NCBI GenBank assembly: GCA_004022145.1
Contig: RCNU01000004.1
From: Paecilomyces variotii
Taxonomy: Eukaryota
Length of the DNA stretch: 64,000 bases
Strand: one strand, 5' to 3'
In this document: positions 52,887 to 64,000 of the stretch, piece by piece
How the letters are laid out: every line of letters begins with the position of its first letter
Numbering within the stretch: the stretch's first letter is position 1
The notes under the pieces: generated by a model
Seen by the model: only the letters and a program-made list of their open reading frames with translations
What the model was told of the DNA's origin: nothing
Database searches by the model: none
Program-made: the position numbers and the translations under genes

Positions 52887-55515
52887 GGTGGGAGCTGATC
52901 GAAATCGCCAGCCGCTGGCGGCGCGGGAACAGTCAACGGGATCACCGTGGTCTCAAGAAGAACAAGGGAGAGGGCGAAAAAAGGTTGACCTGGTCAGGAT
53001 AGAGACCCGGGAGACGGTGTTGGCAGTATATAACACTGCGCGCAATGGCGCTTGTTTCGCCATGAGATAGTCCACCCGCCGGTCCTCCGACTCTTATCAG
53101 AGCTCCTGTGGGAACCCAGATACTGGGCTGGCTCAAACGCGCTTTGCCAGGATGGTCACAGACACCGCTGCCATGTCCGAGCCCTAGAGTAGATTCGTGT
53201 TTGTGGCGCTTGATTGGGCACACGCAGATGTAACGTACACGAACGAAGTGGGCAACTAGATGGATAGAATCATGGATGGGTGATATTGCGGGTGTAGAAC
53301 TGGCTTTCTGATCCTTCGAATTGGCTGGATTGCTCGCGTGTCCTCTGTTGCGTTTTCTGTTGCGTCTCGCGGCCTGTCTCTTCCCCCCCAAAAGGCGTTA
53401 TCACTGATCTAGAAACGATCAGAGAGTGGAGACGGAAGAGGCAAACCAGTGGTCGGTCTTAGAGCAAACGCTCCCTGATAGCGGCAGTAGGCTATCTCGA
53501 GTGCATATGATAACGGTAGTTAGTTAGTTCTTTCGAATCATCGTCGCAAAGCCCCCTGTGATCCCATAATAATGGCGAACCAGAGTGTTCCCAGGGATGG
53601 AATATTCGACACATTTTTTCGACTCTCCGGTATGGTACATACCATATGCACTGGGGGTTGTGTCGCCTGGTAAGGAGTCTCTTATCTGGACCAGCGTAAA
53701 GTTCGCGAGGAGAGTCGGTGGTAAGATCTGTCCAATTATCATCTTCTCCTTGGATTGGAATGTTGTAACGGCCATGTCCGAGCGGTAACCTGTCCCCTCC
53801 CCTGAGCTTCTGATAGCGGCGGACAGCCACTCGAGTATCCGTATTACTTGTCTTCCTCCATGCGGGGTAGAAACAACAACCTCGCCTGTGTTAACTAGTG
53901 TCGCTTGAGGTCCCAGTCGATGTAGGGGAGAAGGCGGCGGTTGTTTTTCCGGAGAGAAGAAGAAGAAGATGATGATAATAATAATAACCTATGTGGGGTG
54001 TGACAAGGTTATCCAAACGAGTTGCCTAAAACGGCCAAGCTTCAGCGTCTTAGGGCCTCATCCGTCTGACACAAGGGGCAAAAAGGCTTGTTCTTGATAA
54101 GTTGTCGGATGTTAACAAACTCAGTTAAACTGATAATGATAATTAGTTATTACTCTGTAAGTTAACTTGGCGCACAAGCCTCTTGATCCCCGTAGTAGAT
54201 AACCTAGCTACCTCGATATCAGCGGGGAAAGGAAAGTCAATTGGACGCACCAGGCTGAATTCTATCCCGCAAGTGGCAGCTCTACTACCAACCGGGCTTG
54301 AACCTACAATCTTCCCAGTCCTCTTAGAAGAACAATCCTGCTATCGTACTACACCACGTCTGTGCCTCAGTCCGCGCTTGCATTCGCGAGCGCCACCTTC
54401 AGGCTGGTCATGCCTCGTGATCAAGTTGTGGCAACGCTCGGTTTAGATCGCAGAATGCAAGAATGTAACCCTCCAGCGTGTGCTCTATGTCCTGCGCCAA
54501 GGATCTTCTGAGGTTCTGGAAGCCTGTCAGCATCGTAAGCGATGATAGTCGTGATGCCACATGGCTAGGTAATCTCCACCTCAAAAATCAGATCGCATGC
54601 TGAGGGCTGGTGGAGATAAGCTCGGAGGGCGTGACTAGCTTGTCTATTCTCTAATCTGAAGGTGGAAGATAATGTTCGATTCCCTCGTTCACGCATGCGC
54701 CTGGTAATCGGAGGCTTTATCACGACCTCACGGAAGTGGGACTTCATCGTCCAGGTTAAGCACCTTCGATTCTCATGTCATCATTTCAGCAACATGGCTA
54801 AAATATGGTAGATTTAAAAACACTGGAGAAGTATGTACCAAGTGGGACATCTCTCAATATCCATTTCTCAGACAGTCTGGAAGGTGTTGTGAATGCGATA
54901 TGCAGTCGCCGTAGTGGTTTCTAGCTAACCGCTGCGACCTATTTAGGAAGTTGTGACACTTATCTTATCTGTCTGTACGTACAGATTCTAGAACATTCAC
55001 TGCCAGTTTTCTTATTGGTTTCATTATAGCCTGAATTCCTCTTACTCTATTTAGGCTTTACAAGCGAGTGGTGTTAGGTCTAGAGGCCCTTTACAGTTTT
55101 AGTATCACTAGCAATGTATAAAGAAGGGTTCAAGGAAAGAGGTCAAAATGAAATTGCGCAAAATGATAAAATACACAATGGGTACCAGTGACTGTGTTCA
55201 AGATGAATACGATAATCGACGTATTGACTCTCTTAGACTTTCCTGTCGCACATTCGTAGTCTCAGTTGATAAAAGAAAGGTCTATAGGATTCCTTCCCGT
55301 ACAGTGAAAACTCATAATGTTGGACGTAAAATGTTCTTGCTTCCATATGCTTTGCATGTGATTATATCATGACTGATTAACATACAGAAATGAGATATTA
55401 CAGCTATATACAGACCATCAGACATTGCTACTATCGATCACTACATATATTCAATAAGAAAGTGTACATTTTCCTTCCAGTGACAACCTTTGTCAAAAAA
55501 AAAAAAAAAAAAAAA

Positions 55516-57770
55516 TCATAAACCGCTCGTGGTCGATGACCATATAGGACCACATGGTTCTGTAGGAGGAAAGAGACGATTATCACCGAGTGCCCACTCG
55601 AAATCCGAAAGAAACTGGTCGTCTAAGAAAAAAGCCTCCTGGCTTTCTGAAGGGATGGCTGGATTGTCGTGGCTAGTGGCGCCAGAGTTCTCATGGGTGT
55701 TATGCTGACCTGCTTTTATCAACATTAGCCATCTTTTTGACTTGGTGGTCCAGTTATAGGCCTCACCCTCAGTTGATTCTTGGGAAAGTAAAAGAGTTCT
55801 ATGTTGCGTGTCAAATTCATCACGCCACCGCCAGAACGCATCAATTGTAACGCTCATGCTTAGACGACTCCTGATTCTTAGACCTGAATACTCACTGCCC
55901 TCTGACTTTCTGAAGGCCTTCGAACTGTTCCAGAGTTGATTCAGTATTAGCACGAATTTCCCTGCAGTTTCGTTCCCGCCCGCGGAAATCTGCTTCATAA
56001 TGTTGATCCCGAGGAAAATCGCCGATTTCGCTCTTTCGATGTCCATGTTTCCAGAAACTGAGGTCTTCAATATCCTCAATAGTAAGCATGCTGCGATTCC
56101 AGCGGCCGAAACGATGTGGAGAGGACTGGCAGCCAAAAGCCCTGGTTTGTTCCCTAGATCCCCTATCTTCTCTAACACAGTACAGGAGATTGCAACTAGC
56201 GTAGCAATGAAATCGTCGGAAAGGTTGTTCTTGAACAAATGGAACGACTGGATGTGGAGACGGCATATTAAGATATGAAATCTATCCGTATCTAGACGTT
56301 ATCAGCTCGAGTGGATCTTTCAATACTCATTCACATACACACCTGACGAAGATTGCAACTCCAGCTCCTTCACCTGGGTATCGAACATGCGCAAAATAAT
56401 GTCCAAGGCCCGCTCCTGATCCGGGGACAAAGCTCGCACACCGTTCTCAAGAACAGCGTTACAGCACCGCACGATGGTTTCTTGGCACCTTAGCTCGAGG
56501 GCCAAAGAAGGTGATATACGCTGAAACAGCACATGGCTCTGAATCGGTTCGGGTGTTAGGTCGGAAAGCGACCGAGGAGACTGGCCTTTTGAGAGACAAG
56601 TGCTATCTGCCATCAGCTAAGCATGCTTTAGTCGAGGTTCTGAGACCCACCGTTGATATACTATCACACACTGTGCCCATAATTCCGATCTCTTGGTCAG
56701 GTCAGCCTCAGATGGAGCAGCGATTCTCACTCTCGAAAACTCGTGACTCGACATGGGGATATGAAGGCCGTTCTGCATAGCGAGGTGCAGTAGCATGCCA
56801 CTTAAGGGGAAAGCAGGGTCTATCGCGTCGTTCTCCCTAGGAAATGGCCAGTACAATAGGATAAGCAAGCCTTTGATCGTATACATTGCCGACGATGTGG
56901 AGATCAGAGATAGGAAACCCATCTCCATAATACTGCGCGAGAGCGCATTCAGCAAAGTAGGGTTTTTGGAGTAGCTTCGACTCGCTGCTCTTATGATGGA
57001 CCAAAAAAGGAATGGCGACTTGGAGTAATACGTATTTGGGCTTGTCTTGGGATCAAGGATCGGCAGCCATTGCGCATAGTCTTGAAAGAATCTGCTGGTG
57101 TTAACTGGATCGAAAACTTAGAAGACACAAAGGTACCAACATACAATTGAAATATGTCATCAATCTCATCACTCGTCAGCTTGATACCATTGATGGTTCT
57201 GGGAAGGGTTCTATCAGATCCTCGACTTCCTGATACGCTGTCAACAGACAGTGGCATCGACGGAGGAAATAAAGCGGGCTGTGTAATTGCTGGTTGACTA
57301 TATCCCAATGAGTCCTGTGACGAAGGAAGCGCAGATTGATTCTCTCCACTGCCTATAACATTTTCCATCTGAGCTGCGGCAGTCAACATTGCGATAGGCG
57401 AAGAAATGCTGCTGCGCGCCTCCGAAGTTCTCAGCTTACGTCGGAGTTCGTCCGTCTCCTGTTCGAGCTCTGAGAGTCGTCTTTTCCGAATATTATATTA
57501 GCACTGGAAATTGTATCAGCATCCGGTGTTTTACACATACTTTCTTTTATGCTCCCTCTTGAAGGGGTCGGAAATGATACATCGCGCCTTGACTTTCTGA
57601 CAACGCGAACATGGCTGACCCGGATTCAGAAACGCATCGCATTTTGCCTGCTCTCAGGTCTCAGCTCTGACTGAACTAAAATTGATGAAATGAGGCTCAT
57701 TAAATTTCCAGTCGCAGACCTTTTGCTGCCTACACTCAGTGCAGGCCTTTTTTCCTCTTTTCGAAGGCAT
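55516..57770 (-). CDS. Zn(II)2Cys6 transcription factor with middle homology region (Sef1/Leu3-like architecture), multi-exon
   Basis: KKACTECRQQK|AKCDAFLNPGQPCSRCQKVKARCIISDPFKREHKRK; LAMQNGLH; IRSRLSMSVTIDAFWRWRDEF. Confidence 0.88.
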
Positions 57771-58763
57771 TCTATCTTCGTGTCTCTTCCCAGCTCTGAG
57801 CAGACATGGAGAGCAGCTCGGAATTAACTCCGCGATGCAAAGATAATCAGCGCCAGATTATCTTAGATGCATCTTTCTCACAAGCTCGATGCGGCTGGTT
57901 CGACGAGCTTGCCTTGACTTATCCTCGGATGGCATGCCTTGACAGCTCGAGCCACGCTAGACGGAGTTAAGTAACGCATGCTTTAACTCCGCCAGTACCC
58001 GGTCCACAAGGACACCATCAATGTTCCTTGAGTTTCATGCTTGCTTGCGACAGGATAACTCAACCTGTTGTGAAGTCACTGATACATATATCTCAATATT
58101 TTTCGTGTATCTCATAGCTGCTAAGCAAGACAAAGAGAGCGTCGGATTATCCTGCCCTGGCCCAGCACTGTCAAGAGCACATTATCCACAGGTACAGTGT
58201 AGTCTTATTGCGCTCATAGAAATGTATTGAGAATATATTTCTGGGGGCTCTGAAAGTAAGTCTATTCCACGGTCTAGAACCTTGCTCAATGAAGTCTACG
58301 TTGCAACCCATAAAGACGTACTTGAACGTAATACATATACTGGACATCAACTTCATCACCAACATCCCGAGAGAACGGTAGTATGGAAGCTTATCGTTTA
58401 TATGAAAACACGAGATAAGAATAATTCTAACAGTCTACCTCTTGGTCGGACGTTCTGCCCAGCTGATAATAGCCACAGTTTCAATAGTGGCGTCTGACCG
58501 ATCTTCGGTGGCTTAATGATGTCACAGGCGAAGCAATATCATTTGTGGAACTCATGTTCTGCACAATCACAATCCTGCCTAGCAGACTCGAAGGCGATAT
58601 ACTCCAGACAATCTATTTGTTGCGCGAACGGTTACAAATACGACACTTCGGTTTCATACTGACATCACCGAAGCATGAAGGGACTTTTTATCAATACCTA
58701 AGCCTCAACCGCCATAGTTTTTTTTAATTAATCAGAATATGTCCATAATCGAGTTATCATACC

Positions 58764-59473
58764 ATGAGTGGTTACGAACTGCCATCAGTAGGTGATCTTA
58801 AGCGTGCCGCAGCAGCCGGCCAGCGTATAACACCGGAAGATGTGTCTGTGATCGCGCAAGCCGAGAGCGAACTTACAGGTACCGGACCTGTTAAGGGTGG
58901 ACCAGCAGGTAATATTATCGTCCTCTTTATCTCATCGAGATATACCTGTGTTAATTATCCAATGTCCTGATTTCTGGCAGCTACGGCCCATAGTTTAGCT
59001 TCTCGGCAGATGAACTTCGATACGAAACTTGATGAGTTATCGAGGAAGCCGCAAAGTCACATCACACAGTTGGATGCGAAAGAAATCCAATCTACAGAGG
59101 TAGAATCTTCAAGATGTAGCAACATATACGTGGATTAATGGAGCTGATTAACCCTGCTAGGCTCGCGCGTTTAATGCACCGCCTGGACCAGGCTCGGTGT
59201 CTGCTCAGGTTCGCTCCATAGCCGATAGAAATGAAGCCCTGGGACTGCCACCAGTCATGGACCCTGGTGCTGTATATATCACGAAGGATGAGGCCAGTGA
59301 AGCGCAAAGTGCTGAGTCGAGGCTATGGGGTGGGCAAGTCCCTAGAGGAAGTTATGCAGCTCTGATGCAGGTAAGTCTGGGTCACTAATGATATATATGT
59401 TCCTGACTAAGACTCCGATGCAATAAAGAGTGCTGCAGATAAAATTGAGCATGTCAAACACTGCGGAGACTGA
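58764..59473 (+). CDS. SMP (seed maturation protein/LEA)-repeat stress protein, 4 exons
   Basis: Three repeats of IT.ED...AQ.AE....G...G..AA..QS; three canonical introns. Confidence 0.82.
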
Positions 59474-61320
59474 ATACAAAAGAGAGAAGAAATGCATTGA
59501 CTGGTCCAGACGGAGACTAGGTTACTATCTAACCTTCTATGTGAATACTGCTCTACAGACTATACATTTGAATAGCGAAAAGCCCTTTTACTAGGCTCAA
59601 GGATGTGAGATAGGCACTGTATCAATTCTAGTGATCTCGTAGGTTCTATTCTAAGATCAGGATGATTATATAACAGATCGTCTTCACGCAGCGTCTGCAT
59701 CGACATACCAAAGTTCTATAATGTTCTATAATTTGCTAAACAAGCCACCACGAATAGCGATATAATAGATCATTACGCGCGTTTTCCTGCATGCTCTAAC
59801 ATCCCTCAAAACTAGCAATCGCTAGCTCCAACATTCATCTCCTGGACAGGAAAATCTGAAGCTACCTACCCAGGTAAATCCGTATACTAGTTCTTCCCAG
59901 TAGAGACGTGTTGCAATTAACTACCTAGGTAGCCTTGTAGCACATCCGGTAGACCGACAGCATCTCAATAAAAAAGAACTAAACAGCAAGACTCGATCGA
60001 CTCCCCACATTGTAGGGCGATAGAGGTGGAGCGTGATCTCTCAGGTTCCATAGACCGGGACCGGGCGAGACTATGGTAAGTTGTGAAATATGAATTATTA
60101 TTGTTATTATTATTATTATACTGTATAATGCAGTACTATACTGTATAGCGCCTTCGCTGCACGGACATCCAGCTAAGCGTGCGATGTGTCCTATCTATCT
60201 ACCTAGGTATCTAACCATCTAGACCGAATTCTGAACCACTAGTTAAGTAGTCCTGAGCAAATAAACTTCGGCGGGGTTAGGGGATATGCAATGATTTGGA
60301 ATCATGATCTGCAAAGAAGATTAACCTTCCGTAGGTCCCGACAGCTTGGTTCTCCACTGGATATGTATCTAGAGAGTTTGTTGGTTATCATTATTTTATC
60401 TAGTTACTCTTCTTGAGATATGTCGGTCAGCTTCTCCGGCAGCAACCCCAGTCCCCCCCTCCAAAGCTACTGAGAGGATCTGCCAGCAAGGGGGAAGGAA
60501 TCTCAGCCACACGCGTCATTTCGCATTGGGCTTAGGATAACACACCCCAATAAAAAAAAGGGTATTCTCTGAGCGAGTTTCAATGGTTCCAAAGATTGCT
60601 TTCTGTCGTGGGGTGAGCCGCGGTCAATAATAGTGGTGTGGTCAATTGCCTATTTTTCTCAGAATTCACCATCCAAAAGGGTGGAATAATAACGGGGTCT
60701 GGTTTGGCCTTCTAGGCGTAGACTTTTTGGCAAAGTGCATCGCATCGTATCGCATCGCAACGCAACGTCAGACAATAATGATGGCAGGGATATGATTTGG
60801 AATAATGAATGCGATACTTAGCGCTGATGCTCAATTTCGAATCGCAATTCTCATGGCCAGTGCGCGCGATTAACCAAAAGATCTCAATGCGTTAACTAGT
60901 TAGTTACCTACCTAGGTACCTAGTTATCATCACTCTCCCCCACCAGACAATGACAAATCGTCCTAGATAGTTAGTTCAGGGTCGAATCCCCCCTCCCTTC
61001 CCCATCTTCTTGTAGGTTAATAACAATAATCGAGTGGAGAATCAGATTGATAGCTAGCTAGTTAATAATAATTGTCAGATTTTGGGGGCCATAACACTTA
61101 GATACTTACGGCATCACGATTGTGAGACACAACAAGTTCGGCAATATCACCCAAACCCCGCTTGACCATGAACGAGAGAGGTTTAAATACCCTCCCAAAG
61201 ACCTTCAACCAAGGTCCCCAAGATCAAGGACCTTGAAAGAATCAAAACGCAAAAAATATCCCTAACTAGTCTATTACATAACACTACATACCATAACTAC
61301 TTAGTTACACATCGCCCACC

Positions 61321-61882
61321 ATGCCTCTCACTGGCCACTGCCTCTGCAAGGCCGTCACCTACTCAATCGACATCGACAAGCCACTTGCCGTTGCTTATGA
61401 CCACTGCGACGATTGCCAGCGTCAGAGCGGCTCCACCTACTGTATGTACAGTGCAGTGCAGTGCAACCTTCACATATGATCCATTCACCAGGAACGATGA
61501 CTGACTTAATTAAAAGCGCTGGTCGCCGTGGTTCCGAAGGATAAACTCACCATCAAGGGTCCTACGAAGAGCTGGGCTGGGCTAGGAAGCTCAGGGAAGG
61601 CCGTGCATCGTGTGTTTTGTTCTGAATGTGGTTCGCCAATTGCCCATGATCCGGATGCTGCGCCTGAGATTATCGCTATCAAGGCTGGTACCTTTGACAC
61701 GGAGATTAAGAAGGCTTTGCAGCCGGTATGTGTGCCCACTTAAAAATAAAAAGAAAATGAAGATGAAAAAAACAGAAGAGTTAACTGAGATGATCTTGCA
61801 GGACACTGAAATCTGGACTGTGAGCAAGCTGCCTTTTTGCAAGGAGAGCTTGGCGCACCCGTTCGAGCATATGCCGCAATAA
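61321..61882 (+). CDS. GFA/CENP-V (Mss4-like) zinc-binding protein, 3 exons
   Basis: MPLTGHCLCKAV, DHCDDCQRQSGS, RVFCSECGSP. Confidence 0.9.
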
Positions 61883-62266
61883 TTAATTCGTCAAATGTTA
61901 TGGTCTATCTATCCCGTGCCTTTTGGGGTGAAAACCTTACCTGCAAATAACCATTTAGATCAGATAATGATCTCTTCCCCATTGAGCATATTTTTGCCAG
62001 TGAAGCTATGAATATAGTCTATCTTGATGACGATGATGATGATGATGAGTGTGTAATCAATAGACTGCAAGAAGCTATATTGACAACAATAGAAGATTCT
62101 TTATATAAATTATTATAACCATTAGAATACGCTAAACAAGAACTTTTTCCAATGCCATCCAAGCCATCAACCATTACACTTTCATCCTTTGATACATCGA
62201 GGGGAGGGAATAATCTGCCAGTAGCGCGAAAAAAAAAAGTACTGCCCCCTGTTATATTTTGGTTTT

Positions 62267-64000
62267 TTAGAGGACCTGTCCCTTGTTCTGCTTCCGGTCG
62301 ACGTTGTAGTTCTTCCACATGCCGATGGCAGGAATCGCCAGAGCGAGGATGGCGGTGGCGGAGATGCATCCGTATTTCTGACTGTATCCCCAGGCGTAGT
62401 TGATGGCTTCTCGGATCGGCGTGCCTGGCGGGTATTCGAAGGCGACCAGGTAACCGCCCACATAGATCTTCTCCACCAGGTCTTTGTCTCCTGCGGGTAA
62501 TTTTTCATATAGTGCCTTGGGGAAGGTTCCACTGTAGATGGATGCGGAGACGGCATAGCCGATGGCACCGCCGACACTGTTGAACAGGCCGAGGATGGAA
62601 AGCATCATCGGCACACCATCACGGTCCGCAGCCGCCATGACCGCCATCTGTTGACTGATGACGAGCATACCACCAGAAAAGGCAATAAAGATCTGGCACA
62701 TGATGACATAACCGATATCTCCGTCCTGTCCACGGAAGTGGATCATAAGACCAGCACCCAGGATCATCAGCGGAAGGGCAAAGCAGAGTGCGGCGTACTT
62801 GAAATGCCTAGTCCAGCGGATATACAGACCGAATAGTGGCGAGAAGAAGCAAGATCCGACGTTGTAGATCGAGGTCATGTATCCCGTGTCGGAGATGTCC
62901 AGGTTGTAGACCACGATAACGAAGTTGTAGAAGTACTGATCCCAGGAGTAGAAGCTGAAGTACAGAATCGCGGCCAGACAGCTGGCACCGAGGACCGTAC
63001 GCTTCTTGAAGAGCTCCCACCGGACGAAGTGGGTGCGAGCGAAGAATTTCTCCCAGATCGCGAAGACCGGGAACAGACAGACTCCGACGACGACCATGGC
63101 AATGAAGGTGGCGCTATCGTAGTTGGCCTTTCCGTAGGTCTGCAGACTGAAGGGCAACAGGAAGAGTACGAAGGCGGCCATCAGCAAGAACGCACCGACG
63201 ACTAGAGAGGGTCGAGTTAGCCACCTTTGTTTTGGGGTCAATTTTCAAGAGAGAGTTCCCAACTTACTATCAAACTCATGAATGTAATGAATCAGCGACT
63301 GCAGTGGGGTCCGGCCACTGTCCACCCTCTTGAACAGGCCCATCTTCTCCGCCTTGATCTGATAGAACTTGAAGACGATCGCCAACGGACCGAAGACCAC
63401 GGGCATGATCAGGCAGAAGGCGCCAATGGCCCACCGCCAAGTGGTCATTTTGAGGAATGACTGCGCCGCCAGCGGTCCAGTAAACGCAGTACAGATGAAC
63501 GGAGTGCTGGAGAAAGCGAAGGCGAACGCTCGGTTCCGTAGACCGGACGTATCGGCGATGAAGATGTCCAGGATCAGATAGATGGCATCGTAGCCGATCC
63601 AGTAGAAGACATAGCCTGCGGCATAGGCATTGGGACCATTACTCGCGGCCACGATGATCATTCCCAGCACGTAGACGCCGACAAAGAAGAGGAAGCTCTC
63701 GGTACGGCCCCAGATATTCAGGGACTTTGCGATGGGCAATTTCAGGACTCCACCGATGATGGTGCCCAGAATGTTGGCCGTGCTGATCTGGGGGGCAGAC
63801 TGGAAGTTGGCGTAGGCGTTGTTGTAGACGTTGCTAAAGATTGACTGTTGGAGAGCGAGCATGAAGTAGCAGACCCAGATCCTACGGGTTGTGTTAGATG
63901 GCGTCCCTTTTTTTTTTCTTGTCTTTCTTCGTGCCTGATGGTGGCATTGGCACTTACCATGCATATGTTCCATAGACGGCCTTCTTGGGCCAGACGAGGG
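62267..64000 (-). CDS. MFS siderophore-iron transporter (SIT, MirB-like), 5'-partial at window edge
   Basis: [78 protein letters not shown]. Confidence 0.9.

Noticed and set aside
61959-61967. ATCAGATAA (SreA-type GATA site) near the siderophore transporter
   Set aside because: Single copy between convergent 3' ends, not in a promoter
1-64000. CRISPR arrays, intact transposase/RT ORFs, secondary-metabolite backbone genes
   Set aside because: None seen in the sequence or ORF track

Overview
Eukaryotic DNA from a filamentous ascomycete (Eurotiales-like, with GT-AG introns and CTRAC branch points). The left ~38 kb is a core block: a GT90/CAP10-type glycosyltransferase, kinesin-3 uncA, an intron-containing tRNA-Ala(TGC), hapB (NF-YA), an Ars2/SERRATE homologue, a conserved hypothetical gene, bZIP flbB, a short Zn2Cys6 gene and a DUF1295 gene. 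The order uncA-hapB-flbB matches my recollection of Aspergillus nidulans. At ~37,926-37,971 lies only the 3' half of a 5S rRNA gene. Immediately beside it are an intact FTA2-like kinase-fold gene, a frameshifted C-terminal relic of a DUF3435 (Starship captain)-type protein, a decayed APH-like phosphotransferase fragment and an A40 tract. Together these look like the wreck of a 5S-rDNA-targeting Starship giant transposon. To the right are accessory-type genes: SRPK-like kinase, mitochondria-targeted AhpD-like protein, hemerythrin, SnoaL, two Zn2Cys6 TFs, OPT, SMP/LEA, GFA and a partial siderophore MFS transporter. Other signals: a ~2.8 kb nearly AUG-free multi-intron hapB leader with one spliced uORF, and a strand-specific pre-miRNA-like hairpin in the uncA-hapB gap. 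All family calls are by eye; no searches were run.
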